A program made the translations under genes and the position numbers. This document shows, one piece after another, positions 1 to 13,010 of a stretch of 64,000 bases of DNA; position 1 is the stretch's first letter, and every line of letters starts with the position of its first letter. A model generated the notes under the pieces. The model ran no database searches and was not told the origin of the DNA. It saw only the letters and a list, made by a program, of their open reading frames with translations. Origin of the DNA: Sminthopsis crassicaudata (taxonomy: Eukaryota); NCBI RefSeq assembly GCF_048593235.1, contig NC_133620.1, forward strand, positions 67,520,852-67,584,851. Reading direction: 5' to 3'.

Positions 1-3000
1 CCATTGAATTTAAATAAAGGTATAAGCTTAATCCTGAATAAGCAAGTCTCAAAAACATCTTCAATTAACTATCCATCCATTGAATGGTTAAAAATGCTTG
101 AAAAATTATTTTATAGTAAGTTATTTATTGCTTCTTCAACTTACAGAATACTAATAAAGGAATTACAACAGGCTGTATTATAATATTCTCTCTCTTCTGA
201 ATATACTCATTTCATTTTTAGGTTTTTGAATTGTGTCTGTTATGTGTGTAGCCTATTGCAAAATAATTTTAAATAACATACTACATCAGACCATATTTAT
301 TTAAAAGTTCAGATTCTTAAATGAAGATATTTCATAGTTCTTATGCTTAAATTTTAATTCTTAACTAAAATTTCACATTTACTTCACTTGATAAACAACT
401 TTTTCTTTTAAATATAGAATTTATATTTTGTGAAAGTTTCCTCCTTTTAAATACGTAAAATCATCAAATTAACTACATAACTTATATATTAAAGTTTTCT
501 TCACAGAAAACAAACAAACAAAAAAACCCCATAACTTGAAACTTGGCCTAAACTAGGTAATAGTTGTAAAAGGAAAAGAGTTTAGTATTTTTGAAAATAT
601 TAAAAAGAAACTCCTCAGTTACTCTTTTGATAGAAAAACATACACATACAATATGTTTTTTGATAGTTGTGAATTTGACAAATTAAACAAGTGACACTAA
701 TTTGAGAAATGTTTTTCTTTTAAAAAAATAATTATATGAACAGTAGGAAGCAAAATACAGTTTTGCTAATAAGATTAGAGCACTATTTGAAATATTGAAC
801 ATCCTCATTATTGATCAACTATGGAATCTCTTTGTATTTTAAAAAATAACATTCTACCTGGATTGTACGATTCCTCAATAATATGCTATCTGATATTGAT
901 ATCTGATAGTTGTTACTATCTAATTACAGTGATATTAAATTATATTCATAAAAAGAAACTTTTCCTTGGCTTAAAAATATAAAAATTAAACAAGGCCAAA
1001 TGGCTATTCAGTATATAATGATAAAGGACAGTAAGTGCTATTTATCTTTTTAATCTACAAAGATTGATCCTAAGCTTTCTGTTATGTAACTTACCTTGTT
1101 CATTTTGATAAATATGCACACACTCAGAAGGATTCATGAATAAATACAAGTCTTAAAGTTTAGTATCATAGCTCTAAAACTAAAAGATCTCAAAAAATCA
1201 ATCTGATTACTTTAATTATATTAGCTATTTACATTTTCTTCACAACATAATAAATATCTGGGAATTCTTATCCTGGGATCCTTGAATTTATTTTTATTTT
1301 TGATTATTATAATCCTGTATAATTAGTTTCCTTTGTTATCATATGTATTTTTACTTCCTAAAACAATTGGAAAAGGGGTTCAATTACACAAAAGGATTAC
1401 AAAGCACTACAGTTTAAAAGGTAATATATGTTGGATATAATGGATAGTTATTGTATTGTCAGAAATTTGTACCAAATTTTCAAAAAAGACTCCCAGTCAT
1501 TTATTTACTTTCCTTTTCTTTCATATTTGTCTACACTTGGTAGTTGTTGTGTTTCAACAGTTTAGCGCAATAGGCCATAATGTTATTAGAATGAGGTATT
1601 TGGAAACATAATTTGCTTTTTTTTTTTTTTTTTAAGTTTTTTTATTTTAATTAAATTTATTTTATGACTAAATTATTAGTCATCAGAGATTCAGACTCTT
1701 CTACCAGTGCTTCCTGAAATTGGTCCAGTAATTTTTCTTTAGCAAATTATTGTAAAGATCTAATGAAATGAAGTACACTTAACTTTAAAGCACTATTAGT
1801 AATTCCACTTAAATTAAGGAGACATCCAAATCAAGTTATTTTTGAAGTAACAGGAATGGATAAAATATATCTCAGAGAGAGAAAGAAAGAGTTTTTTAAA
1901 AAAGAGCAAAGGACCTGCTGCATTCACCCTGTTCATTCCAGAGCGCTGGATTTGATTAATAAGCTTCCTATGTGCTAGTTAGTCATGGTGTGAAAATAAT
2001 AAAAATAATCCCTATTCTCAGGAGTTTTTATGCCAATAAAAAAGTTTATAGTAACCTTTAAGAAGGTTAACTTTAAAAAGGAGGTAGAACACCCTAAGAA
2101 CCAGTCAAGCTGAGATGGGAAGTTAAAGACTCGTAGTTGGACACTCTAATCTTAGTAAATGACAATAAGAATCAACCATTTATAATAATATTTTACAATT
2201 TCAAAGCAACTTGACATGAATCTTAAACTTAACCTTCTATGAAGTTGTTAAAGGTATTATTTCCATTTTATAAAATATGATATTTAGGCCTAAAAAATTA
2301 TTTACTTCTCGAAGCTTATTCCAGTTGTCAGTCAAATCTTTTAGTACCTACTAGTCCAGTGTTCTGTCTGTACTATTCTTACTGACTCTTCAGTAAAGTT
2401 GGACTTGAATGAATACAGTCTTAGGCTGAGAACAGAAGTTTGGGGGAAATGGAGACTTAAAAAGAATAAAAACAGTTAAAAATAATATTTTGTGGAATGA
2501 AATGAGTATATTTAGAAGAGATAATATTCTTATATAGCATACTAATAAAGGAATTAATAGCACAATTATAAGTTAAAGAAATAATAAATAACTTTTTGCA
2601 AAAACATTTTTTTCAAGCATTTTTAACCATTCAGATGGAGAGTCAAATAAAGATGTTTTTGAGATTTGCTTATTTGTATTCATTAAGCCTCTAGCTTTCT
2701 TTAAATTCAGTGGAATAGGCGAAAGGATCCTATATACACCAAGTCAAGTGATTTTGACTCAAAGTCTGATTCTGCTTATCAATTAGCCTTTTTGTCCTTC
2801 AATTAACAAGTAATAGTAAGATATGAATGAACTACTTAATGTGCAGGATTTTCAGGAAAATGTGAGCTAATTTTAAATTATTTTTTAAAATTAGCAGGAG
2901 GGAGGGAAAAGGAGTGACTCAGGGAGAGGGAGAGGGACCTATGCATGTTACATACTAAGTTGAATTTGCTATTGCTAGTCAAAATAAACAAGTATTCATC

Positions 3001-3352
3001 TGTTGTTCTTTGTCTTTGTTTTTGGATCAGCCCTGAAATTTCACTGGCGCCAAGTGTGCCTAGTAAGTATCTTCTAGTAGCACTGTCTCTGCAACCAAGT
3101 CTTAAGGAGTTGGGGGGAGGAGGGGAGTGGTGCATAGAAGGAAGCAGGAGGGAGAATGCCCTGCAAAGTTCTGTAACCTGAACTCAGATTTTCCTGGTGC
3201 TGATGACAGCTTTCTACATCATACTCACCGCAAAATATGTTGCAGTAATAAAAAATAAGATATTTTTCTAAAGCCTTTGTGATATCCATCCTTGTACTAT
3301 AAATCATAAAGTCCTTACCCTGTATATCGCTAATGGTGATTGGGAAACTCAC

Positions 3353-4172
3353 CTTCATTGATGAATGTTACTGGAGGTATCTTGAAAGGACTTTTGGTGG
3401 GAGAAGTTGCAGGATCAGGTGGTGGCCTTAGATCTCTAGGATAACTTGGGTCTCTCTGTATCTCATTACCTCCCAACAAACCAGGAGTGTACTGTTGGCT
3501 GTTTGGAATATGCTGTGGTACCACCTGAACAAGAGGAGGAGATACGTGGGTGTCCTGTCTGGAAAATATCCGCAGACATTGCTCCTCCAACAAAGTGATC
3601 ATCACCGATTGGTTATTTACAAGATCAGTCAGAGAAGCATATTTCGCCTCTAGCTCCCTGTACCTTGTTGCCATCTTCAACATTTCTGTTGTGATATTGA
3701 GGATTTTGTTTTCCAGTTGGGAAAGCTCAAGTGAATTATCCCTCTTACGAATAATCTCATGCAAGAGTTGCATATAAAGTTGAGTGACCCGGGAGTTCAT
3801 GTTACGGCTTTCTTTTCTCAGCAGCTTTACCTCATTCACAATATTGCCATCTACGTCTACCACCAATTGCAAGATATCTATCTCCCGCTTCTGCTTGGAG
3901 AGTACATCCTTCAGGTTCTCTAGGTCCATCCTTGTGATCATGTCTTTTATGTTGCCTGCATCTTGTCCTTTGGTGTTGACACATATTGGCCCTGTTATTT
4001 TTTGTTCAGGTACCAAGAATGTATAACCACATTTCTTTCCTTCCTCTCTACCATCTGCCGCACGAGGATACCTCCGTTGGGTTATTTTTTTGGTTTTGGA
4101 CTGTCCTCCTCTGCATTGTCCAACAGGCATTAAGAAGAATAGCACACCTAGAGTCCAGATAAAAGCCTTCAT
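3353..4172 (-). CDS. ANGPTL1: Angiopoietin-like 1, first coding exon (signal peptide + coiled coil; 273 codons + 1 nt)
   Basis: MKAFIWTLGVLFFLMPVGQCRGGQ...KKCGYTFLVPEQKITGPICVN...KSPFKIPPVTFINE closely matches recalled mammalian ANGPTL1. ATG at 4172-4170 (ttcaaaATG); donor AAG|GTGAGT after 3353; N-glycosylation sequons NIT and NQS. The track ORF 3330-4322 overextends both ends into intron. Confidence 0.97.
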
Positions 4173-4198
4173 TTTGAAATGAGGTTGTGTAGTGATGT
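4173..4198 (-). other. ANGPTL1: ANGPTL1 5'UTR part of first coding exon (26 nt)
   Basis: Acceptor AG at 4200-4199 below a pyrimidine tract. The joined leader tttaaac|acatca...tttcaaaATG resembles the recalled human mRNA. An alternative AG lies at 4211-4210. Confidence 0.7.
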
Positions 4199-7100
4199 CT
4201 TTTGAAAAACTAATCAATTGAGGGGGGAAAAAAGTAAAAATAATTAATATGAATCCATAGGCTAGAGGAAAAAATGATAATTTATTGAAAAGTATAACTA
4301 CAACTCTTATCTTCTTAGCCAAAATTACCTTGTCTTGACCTCCTTAAAAAAATAATTTGTAATTTTCTTTTTTACAAAATAAATGTTAAGAGTAGCTCTA
4401 CCAATTTACCACCTTTGAAAAAGTTATTCTGACAAATTGTCAACTTAACACTATTAAATGATGCCCTTTCCCCCCAAGATATGGTATAATTAAAGCATTC
4501 TTAAAATGGAAACCTTCCTAACACTAAACTGTCAACCAAATAAGTCAGTCTTTTATGGCTTTGTCATTTAGTCAATTTTTATATTACTATTTGCTTGATA
4601 CCTTACCGTTATTATTCACCTGATGCTTTAGCCTAGTACTTGTGGTCCTCCTTTGAAAACCATACAAATTGTTTTTATTAAGGAAACTGACAGCTAAATT
4701 AAAGAGGCTTATGACAATTCCCACACTCTAGGACAATATGAATTTTTGAGTATGTCTTTTCTAATAAAAGGAAGGAAAAATACAATTTAACTTGCTTTTT
4801 TCTCTCTACTTTTTATAGTTTTACTCTGACATGTCATATTCCCAGAACTATCAAGATAATGATGAAATGTTAGTAAAATACTGAAAAATTCTGTTACTTT
4901 GTTCAGCAGAATTTATGGACTTTTTTTTTTTCCCCTATTCCTTTGGCAATTGAGAAATCCATGATTTTTACTGGTAAGAGGAACTTTGTGAGCCTGGAAC
5001 ATCACAAACCCACTATACTATAATAAGTTCTATTTATACATTGCTGTGACAAAATTTTCATGCCTTCTGGTAATGGGTTATTTTCTTCTAGCACGGGTTA
5101 TTTTCATATAGTGTTGAAAACTTGTATTTTCACATCTCTATAACATGAAAAACCTGAAAACAAGATGGTGTACAATTACAACTGGCTTATTCTTTATCAA
5201 TATTACAACCTCCACTAAAATCCTTCTTGTATGTTGCAATGTGACCTGCAAATGAATGGATTCTAAAAGACCATCCCAGAAGCACCTAACTAGATCAGGG
5301 GTGGGGATTACTAAGGCAATTGCAGGTGATGAAGAGTTGAAACCTAGATACAACAATTTCTCACTGCTTGAGTTTTATAAGTTGATAATTTTTTATGGTC
5401 TGCAAATGATGTTATAAATATCCAAATGGCTCTTAGCAAAAAATAAAAGATTTCCTACCCCTGCTTCAGAATATCTGACTAGTCTGAAAAGATTGACAAT
5501 AAAAACCCAGCTATAGACCATATCAAGGAAAGAAAGCATGAGGGGAATGCTGATCTTAGACAATCTAAAAATCTGGGACTTAACATCAGGTTGATTGATG
5601 GTTGGATTAAAAAAAAAAATTGGAGCCAGGGTCATAAGAAAATGTTTTCGTGATCAGTAATGTTGTTCTTCTCTAGAAGCAAGGAACCCTAAAAATGTAT
5701 TCTTTGAAATGGTCCCATTTTCCTTTAGACTGGATTGTACTAAATTTTTTCACCTATTAATAGATATAATTGTGAGATTTCTTTTACTTTTGTTCCATTT
5801 GGCTAATGTTCAACTCCAAAAGATTTCATTTCTATTTTCAATTTGTATATATACATATGTACACACACGCACACATACATGCACATATTTATGCATGTAT
5901 ATTGTGGAGAGGGTGGAAAAGGATGTTTGTTTTAATTATTATTATTAATTTTTTTTACCAGAAACTTTACTTGTCATTGCTTGTTGGTGACTACTTCCAA
6001 GTGTACCTAGATATCAGTGCTTCTATCATTGAATTACATATCCACTTGTAAACCTTCCACAACAAAAACCTGCCACTGTACTTTCTTTATCTTTATCTTC
6101 AAGGAACCACTACAGCAGAGAAACCTGCCCTCCTTATTGGCTCTACTCGCACATTATAGTCTTTTCTATTGTGGAAAATTACCATTGAATGTTTTATTGT
6201 TTGGGCCTGGTATATCCTACACTTAACAGATATTGAATCGCTCAGGGCTGGTGATTATATGATAAAACTCTGAAGCACTGTCTCAAAGTTTTCTTCCTAG
6301 TTAATATTTCTTTGTATTTTCACTGTCAAGAAGGAATATTCTTGGGCCATTTGTGTAAAGCTTTGTTTCCACTGCCAAGTGTTCACTCTTGAGTCACAAT
6401 TCTGTATTTTGAAGTAATAAGTTGTTTAGAGGGGAACTCAAAAAAAATACTTTCTTAAAGGTCCCTATTCCATCTATAAGGATAATATAACTAAACAGGC
6501 AAAGGTGTTACAAACTTTCTCCCATTTAAATATTTTCTAACAATATGCAAGACAGAGCAACTCACAAAAAAAAAATTCATTTGAACGCAAAACACCTTAA
6601 AATAAGCATAGCAGCATAGATTTTCAGTTGGAAAGTTCACCAGTGGCATCTTGTCTCACTCCTTCCTTTTAAAGATGAGGAAACACCAGAGGCAAGAGAA
6701 TAAATATTATCCTAGCTTAGTTTCCCTGTGATCCAGACATATTTTTTTGTTGCTTCAGAGATAATTATAACAGTTAACATAGTGATTGAGAGAGTACTAT
6801 ACATAAAGTTGAACTAAGTTTTCTTGAAGGTAATACTGAAAAAAACTATTTCATAAAAAAATTTTGCTAATTGCTAAAGCAAAATAAAGGCCTTGACTTT
6901 TCTTTTGGAATTTAAACTCAGTTATATTCTGGTATCAGCAAAGCATTTATTAAAACTTTGGTGAATTCTTTGTCTCTACTAAAGTATCTTCTCCCTGATT
7001 AGAAATGCACATAGATGTGAATTGTTTCAAGGCAAATTAAGAAGACATAAAATATTTTGTTTTCTGTCATAAATAGTTATGATTTATGTTTACAAAGTGC

Positions 7101-7374
7101 TTTAAAGTTTAACAAGTGTTTTCACAAACATTTTCTCATTTGATCCTGTGAACAACTCTTTCCCCCATTTTGTAGTGAGGAATGTAAAGCACATTGAGGT
7201 TATTAACTTGATCACACTGTGAGGAAATAAAAGAGGCTAGGCCTGAAGTCTTGTGGCTCCTTGAATCATCTCTTTCCACCATAACACCAGCTCTCTAATT
7301 AGGGAGTTCTGGCATAAATGTTATCTATCTCATTATTTGTTTGGTATTTGTTTTTAAGATAAGCAACTCTTTCA

Positions 7375-7528
7375 GGGCAGCTAGATGGTAGAGTGGGTAG
7401 AGCACCAGCCCTAAAGTCAGGAGGACCTGAGTTCAAATGTTATCTCAGACACTTAACACTTCTAGTTGTGTGACCCTGGGCAAGTCACTTAACCCCAATT
7501 AACTCAGTATAAACAAATAAATAAATAA
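7375..7528 (+). mobile_element. WSINE1-like tRNA/CORE SINE with 17-bp TSD
   Basis: gggcagctag..gagttcaaat..gtgtgaccctgggcaagtcacttaacccc with A-rich tail; TSD aagataagcaactcttt at 7356-7372 and 7529-7545. Confidence 0.93.
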
Positions 7529-8567
7529 AAGATAAGCAACTCTTTGTGAAAATTGTTATGGCAAACTTAAGAAATTTGAAGAGATGCTTCCTGTTTACAT
7601 TTGTAAATCCATGGACTTAAGTATTAATTCTTGGTTGTGGACTACCAGTATAGATCTCAGTTCAACAAACCAAAATGTAAATAGTCAGCATCTCAGTTGA
7701 CTGTATGGAAGAAAAGTTGTAATATATTTGATTTCTTCAATGTTATAATCTGCTAACTTCACTGCACATGAAAACTTCCTTTTGGTACTTAAACTGAATC
7801 TAATTTATCTATTAAAGAAACTATCTTTAAACTTCTGTGGAGCTTCAAAACCAATAACATTTTACAAGCATTCTCATGCTTAGATGTCTTCTAGTCTGTC
7901 ATTCTAATAGACTACTAAAATCTTTTCTGTTTAAAACTTTAATTGTGCCTCTATAGTATGTGTTTTAATAGAATTTTCAGAAATATCAGCTTATTTATAT
8001 TTAAAACAAAACCAAATGACATCCCACATATGTTTATATTACTATCCAGTAAAGTACAATATGTGAAATGAAAAGTACAATGATGTGAAAAATTACTTGA
8101 AAATCAAGGAGAGAATTGGAGGCCTGATATAACCTACTTCTTTTTAGAAAAAGAAATTTTTTAATTCCTTTGCAGATTTAAGTTAAAGTACAGTCTGTTT
8201 TACCTGCCCAAACCTAAATTCAGATTATTTTTTTTCCTTTAAAAAGCAATGACTTCATTGACACCTAAAGCAGAACAGGGAACTACATTTTTAATGTTAG
8301 TAGACTAGTTACATCATTTACTTTTGATAGGAAAAAAAATAGATCTCTTAAATAGTAAATTCAGGTCTTGACAGGTAAAGACCGGTTTAAAAATACATAT
8401 ACTGTTAAGTTTCCTAAAAATATTCCCTCATTTAATATTTTTCCACATATGCTTAGTATTAAAAGTCAAGGACCCATAAATCTGTGTTACCTCATAAAAT
8501 TTTTTGTATATGTTAAAATTTTCCTAAGCCCCAGGAGAGTGTTATAAATTAGTTACAATATACTTAC

Positions 8568-8590
8568 GTTTAAATCCACATCTGTATGTG

Positions 8591-8623
<33 letters not shown>

Positions 8624-8690
8624 CAACTCCTTCCATGCACTGAACTAATTTTATTACTAATATTTGTCTGCTGATTTACAACGCTGTTGG
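8568..8690 (-). other. ANGPTL1: ANGPTL1 non-coding exon 2 (123 nt)
   Basis: Minus strand: ttcctcactgcatcAG acceptor, tttaaac|GTAAGT donor. Internal taataaaatt, T-run and tttaaac resemble the recalled human leader. Confidence 0.8.
8600..8623 (+). repeat. A24 homopolymer (U24 in ANGPTL1 exon 2)
   Basis: 24 consecutive A counted. Confidence 0.95.
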
Positions 8691-8964
8691 CTGATGCAGT
8701 GAGGAAATGCAAGTCAGAGCTGACTTCCTTTCAGATGATAAACTTGAGAGCATTCTGAATGACTGGGTTTTTTATTGGTAACCAAGTACAAGGGTATGAG
8801 ACCTTATTTTGCCTTTGAAGAGGTGTGAGATAAAAATATTGTTCTGACTTTTAAAATCTGTTAGGACATAAAGATACTCTATCGAATGAGGTTAACTATG
8901 CTTCATTACTCATTAGAGATGCCTAAGCAAGGAATAGGCACTTAACTGTCAGCAGATTTTACAG

Positions 8965-9840
8965 TCAACTTCAACATTTATTAAGTGCCTGGAAGACCCT
9001 ATTCTTAGATACTTGGTTTACAGAGACAAATATTCTCTCGGACCTCAAACAAGGCATGCAGTGCTATTGATGGGGAAAAGAAGGAAAATGGGGATACATA
9101 CTTATAATGTAAATTAGAATATATGTACCTAGAAGTGCTGCACAATGCTATCTGAAAACCAGAGAGTGAGATTACTTCCAGGTGGGGAAGATCAGGGAAG
9201 GCTTCATGGAGGAGATGTAAGCTTGGTTGAGTGTCAACAGATGGAAAAGATTTGGATTTCAACTACATTCCATCTGATTGGGATCAGATCAGTTTGAGCT
9301 GAGGGATAGAGATAAGAAAATGCAAGACTTATTCTGAAAGTAATAAATCCTGTTTAACCGCTCTATAGTGTAGATAAAGTGAAGTGTTTTGAAATAAAAT
9401 GGAAAAGAAAAATTGGAACCAGATTATTGGAATCTAAGAATTATTAAGCTAAGGAGTTTGGCCTTTCTTCATTAGGCAGTAAGGAAACATTGAAGGTTTT
9501 TGAATAGAAGAGTTGTAATGAGAAATGTCTTAGATTATTCAGTTGATTTTTTGTGGATTGATTTGCGATGGGAAAGTGGAGGCAAAACCAATTAGGAAGC
9601 TTGTGTAATAATCCTGCAGTAATGAGGCCTTTAATTAGGGGAGTGATAGTGAAAATAAAAAGGCTGGAACTTTATGTAGATGGAATTTATAGATTATGGC
9701 AATTGTTGGGATGCAGATAAGCAGGAAAGAAATCAGCTGATGTTGGATGTGACTGGGATATGTGTCTATTAACACAGATACAGGAGTTAGTATGAATGAC
9801 AGATTTGGGAAAGATAAATATAGTTCATTTTAAAATGCAA
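8965..9840 (-). mobile_element. L2 LINE fragments
   Basis: Reversed L2 3' end caacatttattaagtgcct; cagggaaggcttcatggaggag; gagtttggcctttc..aggcagtaagga..gaaggtttttgaatag. Confidence 0.75.
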
Positions 9841-11404
9841 ACTTAGCTAAAAATAATGCTGTAGAGATGGATTAATCTTAATCACATCTTCATTTTAATA
9901 ACAAACTAATAAAGCTCACATTGTTTCAAATCCAGTCATTGAGAAGTTCAGTAAATGCCTTGTGTTAGTTACAGCATTGATAAGTTCCTTACAGTTCAGT
10001 CAGTCAGTATATTTTGGAATTATATGAAAGCTAAATTTTAAAATTTTAGTTATTGGATGATTTATTAGTCCACTTTTGAAAGTTTGGGAGCTCAAAAAAT
10101 AAAACATACCTGAATTTATGACTTATGCATGATGACTCATTATAGATTGATAACAAGTGGATGCACAAATTTATCCCACCATTCTTAAAAATGCTTAAAC
10201 AGAAATGGAAAATGTAACACTTAAATGTATTGAAGGAAACCTAAAAGTGCAATGAGGAAGCTTTGTTGTGTGTGGTAGTGAGAAAGCCCTTGAGCCCAAC
10301 TGTTCCTCTCCCATTGTAGCTGGAGTCTTTTCTTTGGGGAATTATTCTGTTCCATTTTTATCAACAGACAGGGGTCTAGGAAACAGAATTTCAATAATTC
10401 TCTCTCTCTTTTTAGTCATTTAAAATGACTAAAACTTGGAGATTTTTATTGTCTGGGATCATAGCTCCTCCAGAGTATTTCCTTCGCATCATATTTTACT
10501 TGACTTTCCTTGAAGCTACCATTCATATGTAGCAAGGGCTTTAGTTTTATATTTCCTAATACCTTTATGCTCTTTAATGGCATTTGCAGCTGTAAGTTTC
10601 AGCTTGTTATTCATCTGTAACTCTTCTAAAAACAGTTGTTACACTTGAAATTTGCAAGGCCATTTAAACTATATTGGCATTTGTCCTAGTTTTGATTTTC
10701 TAAAGATAAATTGTTTTCTCTCTTTTGCTTTACCTAGAAAAGTTTGTCATATTAAATTATAGTATAGTTTTGAGGTTCACCATCCATGAAACATTTCATC
10801 AGTTTTATCTTTTGTTCAGTGGTTTCTTTTCTTTGCTTATTAATTTGTCACCTTACTGGTTTTTAGATACTTTGGTGAAGCATTATTTACTGCACATATA
10901 CAGAAAAACCTTTAACACACACTAGCCTCTTGAATAAAAGATTATAAAAGTAGCTTTGCTTTTCTAAATACATATCAGTTCATTTTTAATCTGGCTACAA
11001 ACTTTAATTTTCAACAAATGTATTTATTCTGAAGCCAGTTAAAAATATTTTCAGATTTATTGTTAACACAACAATGCTCTATTCCTGAATTATAAATCTT
11101 CCTATCTTTCATAGTTTTCATTCCCAATAGGTTAAAAAAAAAAGCAAATTTAATTTTCTCAACAGTGAAACAATATGAATTGTTTGAGCAGTACATAATA
11201 TCTCATTTCAAACTCTTTCCTCTGATCTTTAAATAATATTAAATAGATTATGGACTGGTTCTATTCCTGTGTTCTTTGTTGCTTACTATTAATTTTGAAA
11301 TTCTGCGAAAATGAAAAATAATCATACTGCAAATATATATACTCTCATTAAACCGAACATGTAAATTATTTCTTAATCAATGAAAATAGGGGGTTAAAAA
11401 GTAC

Positions 11405-11750
11405 CTTATAGTTTGCTGAGTAGAGTGAATCCAGAGACAAATTTGCTTCCTTTATATCTTGCTTTAAATTATGAATTGTCCATGTAGGCATTTGTTCATC
11501 AGTGAATCAAGTAGAAACTGCATTTTTTTATTTGAAATGTTAGATCCAGGATTCATTAAAGAGCTTCTCCCTCTAGCTTTACGTAGACCAATTGAATTAG
11601 AAAACCAACCTATATAATTTTAGATAGCACAGCACAAATCTCCATGTGTGAAATGGCTTTTTTTCCAGCAGAGAAAATATTGTGGCGTTCCTGTGTCTGC
11701 TTCATGCACAAATGCAGTAGTAACCAGCTGCAGCTGACCCAGATTGTGTA
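11405..11750 (-). other. ANGPTL1: ANGPTL1 non-coding exon 1 (5' end approximate)
   Basis: Minus strand gtcagctgcagctggttact...tctctgctgg...aaaattatatagg...aattcaattg...ctggattcact resembles the recalled human ANGPTL1 5' end; donor AAG|GTAC after 11405. Confidence 0.7.
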
Positions 11751-11940
11751 TATAGTACCCTTGACTAGAGTTTCTTTCTCCTGTTTCTTTCTCTTTTGCT
11801 CTCCCAGCTTTGGAAGTTCAGCCCACACATATTACATCATCAAGAAGTTTCTGTGGAGTAGAAAAAAAAATCTCCTCCTTAGGATTTCCTCCCAATGGCC
11901 TTAAAAATAAAGAGTTTAAGGGGAGGGGGCAGGGGAGAGA
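11720..11940 (-). promoter_or_regulatory. Putative ANGPTL1 proximal promoter
   Basis: Repeat-free segment with tandem E-boxes CAGCTGCAGCTG (11725-11736), a TATA-like TATATA near 11749-11754, CCAAT (11892-11896) and a G-rich box (11920-11935). TSS not determined. Confidence 0.45.
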
Positions 11941-12769
11941 GACAGTAGGAGGCTGAAGAAACTATGAACAAGGGGAGATTGTGTGCAGGTTGAAAAAAGG
12001 GCACCATCTGGAAACAGACAGGAATAGTTCAGTGGGCAATTACAAAAAAAAAACATTCTAGTACTCCAGCTTAAGATATCTTTTTAAGTTGAGTCCTGCA
12101 ACAAATGTTACAATTCTCGACTCCTTTAGAAGAAAGATTCTTTCAGACTGATAAGCTTGCCTTTTTTTTTTTTGTTAGCCAAGAATGAAGGCTAGACATT
12201 GACCGGCAGCTCAGAAACAATCTTTGGTTTATGGTATTTGCTTAATAGGTTGATAGTCTTAACAATTACTAAACTTATTAAGGATGCTAATGTTTGTTTT
12301 TGTAACAATGTATCTATGTAGTATTGCTTAAGGCTAGATTGTTAGGTTTCTTAATATACATATAAATGAAATTCTTTTGGAAACCTAATACTCTTGAATA
12401 TGAACTTCTTTGCTTGACTGGAAAACTAATCTGTATTCTTACCCCTATGAACTTTCCCCTTTAGTTTAGCTATTCACCTTATTAAGAGACATTCGGGTCT
12501 CCATTTCTTTGTTGGAAGAATTAGAACTTGAAAAATGAAAATGGAACAATCACTGAAAAGAAGCTCAGGGCTTGAGTAACCTGAAAAAAACAACAACAGT
12601 AATGGTTCTATCTCCCACACTTCTTGGATCCTTGTACTTTTTTCATGCTGTTTTTCCTGCTCTTTATTTTTACTAGCTTTATGACTGTGGACAAATCTCA
12701 ACTACTTAGGGATTAATTTTCTTCACATAGAAAATGGCAATGATGATATTATTTAAGTCAAGGTTTTAG

Positions 12770-13010
12770 TAACAATTATGATAAAAGCTGGCATTTTATA
12801 TAGCTCTTTAAGTTTTACAGAGCACTTCTTGTGTATTATTTCATTTAGTCTTCACAACAACTCTATGAAAATATTATTAATTTGTATCCCCATTTTACAG
12901 ATGTGGAAACTGAAGCTGAGAGGCTTAAATGACTTAACCCAAGTTAACCCCATACTGAAACAGTATTTGAACTTGGTTCTTTCTGACTATATCCAGCACA
13001 GACTAAATGA
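12770..13010 (-). mobile_element. MIR (with a + strand MIR fragment at ~12700-12770)
   Basis: cattttacagatgtggaaactgaagctgagaggcttaaatgactt CORE; ttcacaacaactctatga. Confidence 0.8.

Noticed and set aside
4173-4322. 50-codon N-terminal extension of ANGPTL1 in the ORF track
   Set aside because: Starts at TTG and runs through the intronic polypyrimidine tract; the signal peptide begins at 4172.
8936-8990. Inverted repeat aggcacttaa / ttaagtgcct as an L2-derived miRNA hairpin
   Set aside because: Only a 10-bp stem with a poorly paired 35-nt interior.
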